Shown: positions 1 through 8,974 of the stretch, in pieces | How the letters are laid out: the number at the start of each line of letters is the position of its first letter | Numbering within the stretch: the stretch's first letter is position 1 | From: Dehalococcoidia bacterium | Lineage (GTDB): Bacteria > Chloroflexota > Dehalococcoidia > Lucifugimonadales > JAGWBF01 | Assembly: GCA_965226865.1 (NCBI GenBank) | Contig: CBDDEH010000004.1 | Location: 1,953,432-1,977,431, forward strand | Direction of reading: 5' to 3' | DNA length: 24,000 nucleotides | Made by a program: the position numbers and the translations under genes | The notes under the pieces: model-generated | What the model was told of the DNA's origin: nothing | What the model saw: the letters and a program-made list of their open reading frames with translations, nothing else | The model's database searches: none

Positions 1-430
1 ACTTGACCCAGTCTTTCTTGGATTTGAATATATAGCGCTTGTCCAAGCGAGTGATCCCTACGTCAGCGTACCCCAACTCATGGGCTCTGTTCTTGATATC
101 CTGGGCAACGTCTTTGCCTGGCACCGGTTTCGCCGTTGGTTCGACGTCACCAGAAACCCTATGGGCAGCTACGATGGGCCTGTTCAACCGGTCATGGATC
201 TTTCGGTGTTCGAGGTCCTCTTTCGTGTAATGGCTATAGGCCCACTCCCGATCGGCTGTTAACTCGATATTCTGACTTTCCAGCGGATAATCTCGAGCGT
301 AATAGTCCACATCGGTCGGTATCTGCTCGATACCCGGCGTCCTTTCCAATTCCTCGGGGACATCGATCGTCACAGGAGGGTCTCCCGACTTTCTGCCGGG
401 ACGGGTTACTGTGTGTCCTATCTTTAACAT
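1..430 (-). CDS. Reductive dehalogenase/QueG-like protein, N-terminal part only (gene runs off the left window edge)
   Basis: Not in the ORF track because it has no stop in the window. Reverse complement from ATG at 430 is open to the edge: MLKIGHTVTRPGRKSGDPPVTIDVPEELERTPGIEQIPTDVDYYARDYPLESQNIEL...AHELGYADVGITRLDKRYIFKSKKDWVK. It aligns collinearly with the N-terminus of the 445..1719 product. Confidence 0.85.
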   Translation of the reverse strand, partial: MLKIGHTVTRPGRKSGDPPVTIDVPEELERTPGIEQIPTDVDYYARDYPLESQNIELTADREWAYSHYTKEDLEHRKIHDRLNRPIVAAHRVSGDVEPTAKPVPGKDVAQDIKNRAHELGYADVGITRLDKRYIFKSKKDWVK

Positions 431-444
431 TCCGAATCTTCCTC

Positions 445-1719
445 CTAGGGCTCGTCGGGTAGTGGTGCGGGCGCTGCTGTGGAAGTTTTGGCCAGGTACC
501 TTTCCACCTGCTGCTTGAACTCCTTCATCGTTTGGTCGCCTGCTTCGCTATCGGGGATTTGCCCGGCTTTGATTTTCTCCTTAAGCTCTTGGAACCCGAC
601 GTCCTCAGACTTACCCTGAGGCATGGTGAACAAATCGGGATCCAGCTTCGGCAATTCGCCGGGTCCGAAATATCCCATGCCCTGGACTGAGTAGCCCTCT
701 AGTAGATTAGTCCCCTTGCCCAGCACCTGCCCGGTTTCGGCATAGTGATCCAATGCGGCCTTCATCCCAAACCGCTGGACTGGACAGGTGCTCATACACA
801 CACCGCATCCGTCGTATTTTGAGACCACCGGCCGGCATCTTTTGTAGCTGATTTTGTGCTTGTTGACACCTCGCCACCACACCTTTTGCCTTGGGATGGC
901 CCGGCCGGGGCAACGATTGACGCACACCTGACAGTAGCTACAGAAGGCAGTCATACCGTAATCAACCGGCTTGTCATATGTCACCTGCGCGTCGGTTGTG
1001 ACTATAAGAAGCCTTGCTCGGGAACCGAAATAGGGCGATAGTAGCTGTCCGTTGGCGCCCAACTGCCCCAGACCGGCCTCTACGAACATCGGCAGGCAGG
1101 CCCCACTGTTGTCGTTGGGATTCTGAATCTGGGCATGGTATCCCAAACTGCGAAGGTAATCCGCCAGTTGAATGGCCAGCACATTGATTACCCGGTATAT
1201 ACCAAAATGCGGCCCCTCGGCTTCCATACTGGGAGCGGTCTGGGTAGGCTCGTAGTCCTGCTCGTAAGCCAGGCAGATCGCATGCGGAAACTTGACCCAG
1301 TCTTTCTTCGACTTGAATATATAGCGTCGGTCCATGCGGGTAATGCCCACTTCATTGAAGCCCAATTCTCGTGCTTTGTTCTTAATGTCCGGCGTGACGT
1401 CCTTGCCGGGAGCTGGTTTTGCCGTCGGCTCAATGTCACCCGACTCCAATGCAGCCTGGACCATAGGTTTATTTAGCTTATCGTGAACTCTTCTGAATTC
1501 GAGATGCTCTTCACTGGCCAGAGCCCATCCCCAAGCTATCGAAGCGCTATGCTCTATGTTGATGCTGTCTAGGGGGAAATCCCTGGCGTAGTAGTCCACA
1601 TCTGTGGGTATCTGCTGTATACCTGGAACTGTTTCGAGCTCTTCGGGAACGTTGATGATGGTGGGAGGGTCACCAAGTTTCTTGCCGGGACGGGTTACTG
1701 TGCGACCGATCTTAAGCAT
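445..1719 (-). CDS. Reductive dehalogenase-like corrinoid/4Fe-4S protein without an evident Tat signal
   Basis: 424 aa. Two 4Fe-4S motifs: CSYCQVCVNRCP (Cx2Cx2Cx3CP) and CGVCMSTCP. AGLGQLGANGQLLSPYFGSRARLLIVTTDAQVTYDKPVDYG matches the RdhA/QueG core pattern. The N-terminus MLKIGRTVTRPGKK has no twin-arginine signal plus hydrophobic stretch. Confidence 0.8.
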   Translation of the reverse strand: MLKIGRTVTRPGKKLGDPPTIINVPEELETVPGIQQIPTDVDYYARDFPLDSINIEHSASIAWGWALASEEHLEFRRVHDKLNKPMVQAALESGDIEPTAKPAPGKDVTPDIKNKARELGFNEVGITRMDRRYIFKSKKDWVKFPHAICLAYEQDYEPTQTAPSMEAEGPHFGIYRVINVLAIQLADYLRSLGYHAQIQNPNDNSGACLPMFVEAGLGQLGANGQLLSPYFGSRARLLIVTTDAQVTYDKPVDYGMTAFCSYCQVCVNRCPGRAIPRQKVWWRGVNKHKISYKRCRPVVSKYDGCGVCMSTCPVQRFGMKAALDHYAETGQVLGKGTNLLEGYSVQGMGYFGPGELPKLDPDLFTMPQGKSEDVGFQELKEKIKAGQIPDSEAGDQTMKEFKQQVERYLAKTSTAAPAPLPDEP

Positions 1720-1818
1720 GGATTTATGTACTCGTTTCCGTTTCGACTAGCTTTGAACCGCAGCCTCATTCTACCATCGGCCGATTGGGACAGCAACAAA
1801 GGCTCAGGGCGCGTCCGT

Positions 1819-3498
1819 TTATTTCAGCTTGTTGGCGATCATCGCATCGGCAAGGGGGCTACGTACCGACCTGATGACAACATTAACCAGGGACGGTTTC
1901 TCTGATTCCGTGGCCCGTTCGATGGCGGGAACTATGCCTTCTGCTTTTTCGACGTACTCACCGTGGCCTCCAAGGGCCTCCACAACTTTGTCGTACCTGA
2001 CCGACCTGAGGTCGGTGGCAACTGCTCTGCCGTAATAAGCAAGCTGGAAGTTGCGGTCTATTCCCCAGAGACTGTCGTTCCCTAGGATGGCAGTAAAGGG
2101 GATGTTGTGACGTATCGCGGTGTCGTATTCCATGCCATAGAAGCCGAATGAGCCGTCACCGATAAACAGCAGCACTCTGGCATCGGGTCGGGCCAGCTTC
2201 GCCGCCATGGCGTACGGTATCCCACATCCAAGCTGGCTGAGGGGCCCCAGACGCATCCATCGTCCCAGCCCTCTCGCCGGCAGGTAGGACCTACCCCATT
2301 GGACATAGTCACCGCCATCGAATATAAGAATCGTATTGCCATCCGCCAGGCCCTTGAGCTCCTTGAAGACTCGGATGGGGTGTAAGGGGAGGTCGTCGGT
2401 TGCGTTGCTCTCCAGGTCTTCGATCCACTTTCGGCGGTCCTCTCTTAGGGTATCCAGCCACGGAGAAAGGCGTCCCTGGTCCCACTTCCGGACTTTGGCT
2501 GCCACCTCAAGCTGCCGTACCACGGCACCAATGTCGCCCACTACTCCCAAAGAAACGCCCCGGTTTCTTCCGATCTCCGTTGGTTCCGGATCTACCTGAA
2601 TCAAATTGGCGTCCGGATGGAAGAATGGGGAATGTCCGAAGCTATACCGAAAATCCAATCGCTTGCCCAGCAGAAGCACCACATCGGCTTCACTGAAGCG
2701 CCTGGCGGCACCATTGATCGCTCTATCTGCGTAACCGAAGCAAAGAGGATGGTCGTCGGAGATCAGGCCACGAGCCTGCTCTATCGTAAAAACAGGCAAA
2801 CCGGAAACTTCTATGAACTCCTCGAGGACAGCCGGCGGGAGAGAATATCGGGCCGGGTTTGCCACCACGACGACAGGGCGCTCGGCTCCATTCAGCAGAG
2901 CGATCGCTTCCTGGATCAGCTTTGGATCGCCTTCGGACCGGCCACGGGTGCGATATTCGCCTGGGTTGTATCTTGGCAGCTCATCTTCGGATGCGACCTG
3001 CTCTTGAATGTCTAGGGGCACGGTCAAATGGACGGGGCCGGGCCGGCCAGACAGCGCGGTACGAAACGCCCTTGAAACAAAGTCGGGTATTCTTCGGCGG
3101 TCATGGACCAGCCATGAGCCCTTGGTCACTGGAGCTGCCATTTCGACCTGGTCGATCTCCTGGAACGAGTACATGCCCTTCAGTGAAAGGGGGCTCGAGC
3201 CACTGATGAAAATCACGGGGCTCTCCGCAGTATAAACGTTGGGAAGAGCCGATATGGCATTGGAGAAGCCCGGGCCTCCCGTGAAAAGAGCCACGGCAGG
3301 CTCGCCTGTCACCCTCGCCCAAGCATCGGCCATGTGCATAGCCGCAGCCTCGTGGCGCGTGTCTATAAACTCTATACCCTCGTCCTCCGCAGCATCGACC
3401 AGGGGAAGAATGGTATCCCCCACCAGGGTGAAGATCTTCTTTATACCTTCGAGTTTCAAGGCACGCACCATTAGGTGAGCGCCGGTTAGTTTGGCCAT
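1819..3498 (-). CDS. Thiamine pyrophosphate-dependent enzyme, acetolactate synthase large-subunit-like
   Basis: 559 aa. N-terminal TPP-binding pattern (GDTILPLVDAAEDEGIEFIDTRHEAAAMHMADAWARVTGEPAVALFTGGPGFSNAI), FISGSSP, and C-terminal GDGSFGFYGMEYDTAIRHNIPFTAILGNDSLWG typical of the TPP diphosphate-binding motif. Confidence 0.85.
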   Translation of the reverse strand: MAKLTGAHLMVRALKLEGIKKIFTLVGDTILPLVDAAEDEGIEFIDTRHEAAAMHMADAWARVTGEPAVALFTGGPGFSNAISALPNVYTAESPVIFISGSSPLSLKGMYSFQEIDQVEMAAPVTKGSWLVHDRRRIPDFVSRAFRTALSGRPGPVHLTVPLDIQEQVASEDELPRYNPGEYRTRGRSEGDPKLIQEAIALLNGAERPVVVVANPARYSLPPAVLEEFIEVSGLPVFTIEQARGLISDDHPLCFGYADRAINGAARRFSEADVVLLLGKRLDFRYSFGHSPFFHPDANLIQVDPEPTEIGRNRGVSLGVVGDIGAVVRQLEVAAKVRKWDQGRLSPWLDTLREDRRKWIEDLESNATDDLPLHPIRVFKELKGLADGNTILIFDGGDYVQWGRSYLPARGLGRWMRLGPLSQLGCGIPYAMAAKLARPDARVLLFIGDGSFGFYGMEYDTAIRHNIPFTAILGNDSLWGIDRNFQLAYYGRAVATDLRSVRYDKVVEALGGHGEYVEKAEGIVPAIERATESEKPSLVNVVIRSVRSPLADAMIANKLK

Positions 3499-3531
3499 TT
3501 ATTCTCCTTTTAGCCGATGCTCAAGCGCTTT

Positions 3532-4620
3532 TTAATTAAGGACGATGATAGAGCTCGACTTCATGACCAGGAACACCTCTTGGCCTTCGGACAGTGCCAG
3601 AGAATCCAGTGCTTCAGATGTGATCTCTACCACCAGCAAGACACCAACATCAGCGTAAACAACCACTTTGTTACCGATTCGGTGCAGCCCGTCTATACGA
3701 GCTCTGAGCAGGTTCCGAGCGCTTATACGAGAAGGTTCGTCGACGGCTATTATTATGTCCCCAGCCCTGACGGCAATGGATATTGTATCTCCGATAGCAA
3801 TATCTTGTGGGACAGTGGGCAGCCACAGAAGGCTATCTCCCAATTTGGCGCCGGCGAGGCCTTCTCCCGTTTCATGGACCAGTTCAACATCAAGCAGGTT
3901 CTCGAGGCCTCCTGTGTCGATCACGGAGTGAACGAACGGTTCGAGAATTACTTTCCTGGGCTCGGCGAAGGCTAGCTGTTTCCCACCGGAAATAACAAGG
4001 GCCCGGTCGGCGATGGCCAGAACCTCCGAGATTGAGTGGGAAACATAAACTATCGGGATGCCGAACTCTCGGCGCATGCCTTTGAGATATCTGAGAATCT
4101 TACCACGTAGCCCCATATCCAGCGAACCCAGAGGCTCATCCATCAACAACAATTGGGGTGAAGTGGCCACCGCGCGGGCCAGAGCGACCCTCTGGCGTTC
4201 TCCCGCCGACAAGTTGGCTGGACGGCGGTCTAGGAGAGGTCCCAACTCAAGCAAATCCACCAATTTCTCGGGCTGTACCTTCCTGCGGTCGGTAGGTGTC
4301 ATGTCAAACCCGTACCTGATATTGGCCCCTACGGTCTGGTGTGGGAAGAGCAGGCCATCCTGGAACACATAACCCAGCCTTCGTTTTTCCGGCTTCAGGT
4401 TGAGCTTCCTCGAACTGGAAAACAGTGGCGTACCTTCGAGGATTATCTCTCCCTGGTCAGGGTTGTCGAGTCCGGCAATACAGTTGAGCACAGTGGTCTT
4501 GCCGCTGCCTGAAGGGCCGAAAACGGCAGTGACGCCCGGAGGGAAAGTTGCCTCAACCTTCAGGTTAAAACCCGGATAGCTCTTGGTCAGCCTTAACTCC
4601 AGAACGGCGTTGTGGTTCAT
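3532..4620 (-). CDS. modC: Molybdate ABC transporter ATP-binding protein with C-terminal TOBE-like region
   Basis: 362 aa. Walker A GPSGSGKT, signature LSAGERQRVALARAVA, Walker B LLLMDEPLGSLD, switch VYVSHS. C-terminal SIAVRAGDIIIAVDEPSRISARNLLRARI resembles a mop/TOBE segment. Followed by modB and modA upstream in the transcript order. Confidence 0.9.
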   Translation of the reverse strand: MNHNAVLELRLTKSYPGFNLKVEATFPPGVTAVFGPSGSGKTTVLNCIAGLDNPDQGEIILEGTPLFSSSRKLNLKPEKRRLGYVFQDGLLFPHQTVGANIRYGFDMTPTDRRKVQPEKLVDLLELGPLLDRRPANLSAGERQRVALARAVATSPQLLLMDEPLGSLDMGLRGKILRYLKGMRREFGIPIVYVSHSISEVLAIADRALVISGGKQLAFAEPRKVILEPFVHSVIDTGGLENLLDVELVHETGEGLAGAKLGDSLLWLPTVPQDIAIGDTISIAVRAGDIIIAVDEPSRISARNLLRARIDGLHRIGNKVVVYADVGVLLVVEITSEALDSLALSEGQEVFLVMKSSSIIVLN

Positions 4621-4638
4621 GCACCTACTGGGCCCGCA

Positions 4639-5310
4639 TCAAATTACCGCTCGCCGAGCGAGATATCTATGCGCGGTCAGAGCAACGAAAGCGAGTATCA
4701 GGGAAGCAACGATAAGCCTTACCGCAGCGGCATCGTCCCCTACTTGAATACGGTTGAAGATGAACAGGGGCATTGTCTGAGTCTTTCCCGGGATATTGCC
4801 CGCGACGACTATGGTGGCACCGAACTCGCCCAGGCCTCGGGCAAAGGCCAGCACGGCCGCTGCCAGAATGCCCCTGTGCGCAAGGGGCACGGTAACGGTA
4901 TAGAAGGTTTTCAGAGGTCCAGCCCCAAGGCTCCGTGCCGCTGATTCTAGCCTGTGGTCCACGCTCGACATCGCAATCTCTATGGTCCTGACCATCAACG
5001 GTAAAGAAACAAGGCCGGCTGCCAAAGCCGCAGTCACCCATGTGAAAACAGCGTCTACACCGAACAAGTCATGAAGCACGCCTCCTATAGGGCCATTTCT
5101 GCCCAAGAGGAGCAAAAGGGCGTATCCCGTTACTACCGGAGGCAGAACCAGCGGGAAGGAGACCAAAGTATCAAGGATCGCCTTTCCGCGCATGGAAGAT
5201 TTGGCCAGCAGCCAGCCAATCAACAAAGCAATAGGCAGTCCTATGACCGTGCCAACGGCGGCCACTTGCAGGGATAGGGCAATCACTTGAAGTTCGTCGG
5301 AAGAGATCAC
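4639..5310 (-). CDS. modB: Molybdate ABC transporter permease
   Basis: 223 aa hydrophobic protein with LVSFPLVLPPVVTGYALLLLLGRNGPIG and the EAA-type loop ESAARSLGAGPLKTFYTVTVPLAHRGILAAAVLAFARGLGEFGATIVVAGNIPGKTQTMPLFIF. Confidence 0.92.
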   Translation of the reverse strand: MISSDELQVIALSLQVAAVGTVIGLPIALLIGWLLAKSSMRGKAILDTLVSFPLVLPPVVTGYALLLLLGRNGPIGGVLHDLFGVDAVFTWVTAALAAGLVSLPLMVRTIEIAMSSVDHRLESAARSLGAGPLKTFYTVTVPLAHRGILAAAVLAFARGLGEFGATIVVAGNIPGKTQTMPLFIFNRIQVGDDAAAVRLIVASLILAFVALTAHRYLARRAVI

Positions 5311-5410
5311 GTGCTTACTCTCCTGGGTTGTGTTTCCGGGCCATGGACCGAATCCCGATTAGATCAGGACTCATATTATCAGGAGAAGGGCAAGGGGGAA
5401 ACGGATACGA

Positions 5411-6172
5411 TCATTCAGTCGCGGTTACAAAGCCGTGCTCGTGGAATATTTTCCGCGCCGCGACACCCTCGAGAAAATCCAAGAACCTGATCGCCACCTC
5501 CCTGTTCGAGGAGCGCTTCACAAGAGCCGCCGGATATAGTATCGGCGAGTGACTGGTTTCCGGAAAGGAGTCGATAACAGCCATCTCGTCACTCACAACG
5601 GTATCAGTCACGTAGACGATCCCCAGGTCGGCGTTGCCGCTTTCCACGTAACCAAGTGCCACACGAACGTCGAGGCCAAAGACCAGCCGCGATTTGACCT
5701 GCTCCCACAGGCTCAAGTTCTGTAGCGCCTCCCTGGCATACGAGCCAGCCGGGGCCAGATCTGGGTCTGCGATGGCGATGCGAGCGTCGATTCCGGTCAG
5801 GTCTTCTATCGAATTGATCTCGAGATTTTTCCGGTTGTTGAGACCTCCGACCAGCACTAACCGATTGGTCAACAGATCGACTCTTGTATCCGGAACGATC
5901 CGATCGTCATCTTGAAGGATGTCCATAGGCTGAGTGCCAGCCGATAAATAGATATCTGCCGGCGCCCCACGTTTTATTTGCTGTGCCAAGGCTACGGAGC
6001 CTCCAAAGTTGAATACGACGTTGATCTCCTCTTCTTGAGCAAACTGCTCACCCAGACGTTCCATCACATCCGTAAGGCTGGCAGCGGCGAAGACGAGGAT
6101 TTCCTCCTGCTCTCTCTTGCCGCAAGAAACTACTAGCAGCAGGATAACCGGGATAAGAATAAAGATGCGCAT
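5411..6172 (-). CDS. modA: Molybdate ABC transporter substrate-binding lipoprotein
   Basis: 253 aa. Signal peptide plus lipobox (LLLVVSC), ILVFAAASLTDVMERLGEQFAQEEEINVVFNFGGSVALAQQIKRGAPADIYLSAG, ADPDLAPAGSYAREALQNLSLW. Confidence 0.92.
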   Translation of the reverse strand: MRIFILIPVILLLVVSCGKREQEEILVFAAASLTDVMERLGEQFAQEEEINVVFNFGGSVALAQQIKRGAPADIYLSAGTQPMDILQDDDRIVPDTRVDLLTNRLVLVGGLNNRKNLEINSIEDLTGIDARIAIADPDLAPAGSYAREALQNLSLWEQVKSRLVFGLDVRVALGYVESGNADLGIVYVTDTVVSDEMAVIDSFPETSHSPILYPAALVKRSSNREVAIRFLDFLEGVAARKIFHEHGFVTATE

Positions 6173-6197
6173 TTAAGCAGACCAACGAGGTAGTCGG

Positions 6198-7475
6198 TCA
6201 GGGCATTTTGAGAATGGGGGCGAAGGCCTGATCCAACTGTTCCGATGTCATTTTCCCAACCTCCATAAGCCTGGCCCGCATTTCGCTATCCTCCAGGTCC
6301 CGTTTCTCCAGCCGTATCATGTATTTACGGGCCACCTTATAGTGATCAGAGTTAATATCCACTAAGCGGACACGGGTCCGGCCGGTGGCCGGGTCCATCA
6401 GTTCGTCATAGGGAAGGATGCGCAGGTCACCCCCCTCAAGGCAGACGATCCCACCGTCTTTGAGGCGCTCGTCGTTGTTTTCGGCCAGCAGAAATCTGAC
6501 CGCACCGTTGCCCAACGTACGGGTATAGTCGATGTCGAACGGTATAGGTTGAGCGCAGCGCAAAGCATACCCTACGGAGACTTCCACCGTTTTGACCTTG
6601 TCGCCGCGGGCCTCGAACCGGCGCTGGACCTCCCGTCGCAAGATGGAGGGCAGCGGTATCTCTCCCAGACGGATGTGCCCGTAGGGGTCGTACTCCACCT
6701 CCACACCGGGCATCTTGGCAAGCTCATCCGGGTCTAGCCTCTCTCCGATGCCCTCCGCGATGACGACTACGCCGTCCTCTCGTCCCATAGTGCGCCGTTT
6801 TAAGATCGCGCCTTCGAGGACGCTGCAAACGTCGTTTATGCTGACTCGGTCCCCTGGGAACTCCTCCGGGATAAGGGTCATGGTAGCGCGGCGGCTTTGC
6901 ATATCCCAAGAGCTAGATGTCCGGCGCCCCGGCCCATAACGACTACGAAGTACCAACAGTTGGTAGTACGAGAATCCTCCATCACATTCAGAACGAGCTC
7001 CGTGCCCAAGTGCCGGGCAGTCTCGAAACCGAATGTCGGAATGCCCCAGGAAGGGGCAGGTCATTGTCGATTGTTTTGGGTATCTGGGCGAAGCGAACAG
7101 CGCCCTTCGAAGCTCTCACGACTCCGAATCCTCCCTGGCGGTGTCGTCTCCGCCGATAACAACCATGTAGCCTATTCCCAACTCTTTAAGGGATTGGACT
7201 GTTCGCTCAAGGTCTTCCGGCTTCTTTGTCGGGTTGGCTTGCGAGGTACGAAGAATGGAGCCTCCCTGGAAATGGATGCGGGAGACATCCGGTATATCCA
7301 ATGAGCGCACCTGGTCTAATTGGCCCTTCATGAGGTGCTCGAACCCGTCCAATATGCCCACCACTTCCAGGCCTGAGTTGATTGCTTCGATGGTGGCAGC
7401 GCTGATTGCGCTGTTGATTCCTGGTGCAGGGCCGCCGCCCACCAGGATGCCTAACCGCCCTTTACCAGCGCTCAT
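6198..7475 (-). pseudogene. PPi-dependent-type 6-phosphofructokinase, interrupted by three frameshifts
   Basis: ORF 7116..7475 gives the N-terminus (GRLGILVGGGPAPGINSAISAA...YMVVIGGDDTA). The middle is visible only in other frames (RFAQIPKTIDNDLPLP; then IPTFGFETARHLGTELVLNVMEDSRTTNCWYFVVVMGRGAGHLALGICKAAA). The C-terminus lies in the 6198..7064 ORF from MTLIPEEFPGDRVS onward. GGDDT plus PKTIDND is the PPi-type signature (ATP-PFK has GGDGS/PGTIDND). Confidence 0.85.
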
Positions 7476-7606
7476 TTCCTACATCCTTTGTACTGGGTTA
7501 CGCGGTACGAACCCATTTGTCTGTCTGGACACATTATTCTTGATAACCACCCTCCAACACAAGGAGCAATTCCTGGAAATAGCAGGCAATTGAGAGCGAC
7601 TCGTCT

Positions 7607-8974
7607 ATGGAGTACAATCCAAAGGTCTCAAACCACGGAGAGGACATTACTCTGCCACGACCTCTTGATGGCATACGGATCGTAGACTTCACCTGGATCC
7701 GGGCTGGACCCTGGGCCAACCGCTGGCTGGGTGCTCTGGGCGCAGACATCATCAAGATCGAGTGGCCTGAGCGTCCGGATGTAATCCGTAACTACCCCTT
7801 TACAATGCCTAAGGAGATCGGGCCCGGCCTGAACTCCAGCGGCCAGTTCAACGAGTCCAACGCCAACAAGCGTGGTATCAGCCTCAACGTACGCTCCCCT
7901 AAAGGCTTCGAACTCCTGAAGCGGCTCATCGGTTCCTCAGACGTCGTCGTCGAGAACTTCAGCTCGAGGATAATGCAAAACTGGGGCCTGGGTTACGCCG
8001 ATATGGAAAAAATAAGACCAGGAATCATTTACGTCTCGATGGCCGGGTTCGGTCATACTGGTCCCAGCCACCATTATGTTTCCATGGGTGCTACCGCTCA
8101 GGCCATTTCGGGATTGACCTTCCAGTCAGGGCTACCAGGAGTTCAGCCGGCGGGCTGGGGTTGGTCCTATTTGGACGACATGGGCGGTCTGTACGGCGCG
8201 ATATGTCTGGTCACTGCCCTTCACCACAGGGAGCGGACAGGGAAGGGACAGCACGTGGACCTGTCGCAGGTCGCCAACGGAATTACGCTGCAGGGTGCTG
8301 CCTTCCTGGACAGGACAGTAAACCGACGGCCCTCACACAGGGAAGGATTCCCCCCTGGCAATCGCACGGTGTGGCCCGGTGCACCCAAGCTCAACAACTA
8401 CCGGGGGCCCATCGCGGCACCCCACAACGCATACCGCACCGCGGGCGGCGGCTATAACGACTGGTGCACCATCGTCTGCCTCTCCGACGAGGAGTGGCAA
8501 AAGCTTGTGGGGGTCATGGGCAACCCCAGGTGGGCCGCCGACATCAGGTTCTCCACGGTCGGTGACCGCATCGACAACCAGGAGGAGATGGACAGGGGTA
8601 TAGAGGAATGGACCCTGACCCTGGACAAGTATGAGGTCATGGCCAGGTGCCAGGACGTGGGGGTGAGGGCCATGCCGGTGCAGGATGCCCAGGACATAGT
8701 GGAACACGATGCCCAACTCAAGGCCAGAGACGTGTGTACCGTGTTGGACCATCCCCTGCTGGGCGAGAGGAGGTTCCAGAACGCCCCCTTCAGGATGAGC
8801 AAGACACCTCCCAAGATGCACTCCTCCGCCCCCATGATAGGCCAGCACACCCGGGAGGTGCTGGAGGAGGTGCTGGGACTGGACATAGAGGAGATAAGGG
8901 AGGGGTTTGAGGACGGTACCTTCTGGCCCACCACCATGCCCAAGTACCCCTACCTCGAGGAGTCGTTGAGATGA
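7607..8974 (+). CDS. Class III (CaiB/BaiF family) CoA-transferase
   Basis: 455 aa. RIVDFTWIRAGPWANRWLGALGADIIKIEWPERPDVIR, NANKRGISLNVRSPKGFELLKRLIGSSDVVVENFSSRIMQNWGLGYADMEKIRPGIIYVSMAGFGHTGP, ERTGKGQHVDLSQ. Confidence 0.92.
   Translation: MEYNPKVSNHGEDITLPRPLDGIRIVDFTWIRAGPWANRWLGALGADIIKIEWPERPDVIRNYPFTMPKEIGPGLNSSGQFNESNANKRGISLNVRSPKGFELLKRLIGSSDVVVENFSSRIMQNWGLGYADMEKIRPGIIYVSMAGFGHTGPSHHYVSMGATAQAISGLTFQSGLPGVQPAGWGWSYLDDMGGLYGAICLVTALHHRERTGKGQHVDLSQVANGITLQGAAFLDRTVNRRPSHREGFPPGNRTVWPGAPKLNNYRGPIAAPHNAYRTAGGGYNDWCTIVCLSDEEWQKLVGVMGNPRWAADIRFSTVGDRIDNQEEMDRGIEEWTLTLDKYEVMARCQDVGVRAMPVQDAQDIVEHDAQLKARDVCTVLDHPLLGERRFQNAPFRMSKTPPKMHSSAPMIGQHTREVLEEVLGLDIEEIREGFEDGTFWPTTMPKYPYLEESLR

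Noticed and set aside
39-462. Plus-strand ORFs at the left edge (39..230, 136..462)
   Set aside because: Antisense to the truncated reductive-dehalogenase-like gene, whose minus-strand frame is conserved with its tandem paralogue.
6198-7064. ORF-track start at 7064 for the 288-aa product
   Set aside because: The first ~60 residues are out-of-frame phosphofructokinase sequence. Real homology starts at MTLIPEEFPGD.
8333-8943. Long minus-strand ORFs 8333..8848 and 8452..8943
   Set aside because: Fully antisense to a well-supported CoA-transferase. Low-complexity His/Gly/Pro-rich translations are explained by the AGG/GGG/CCC-rich segment.
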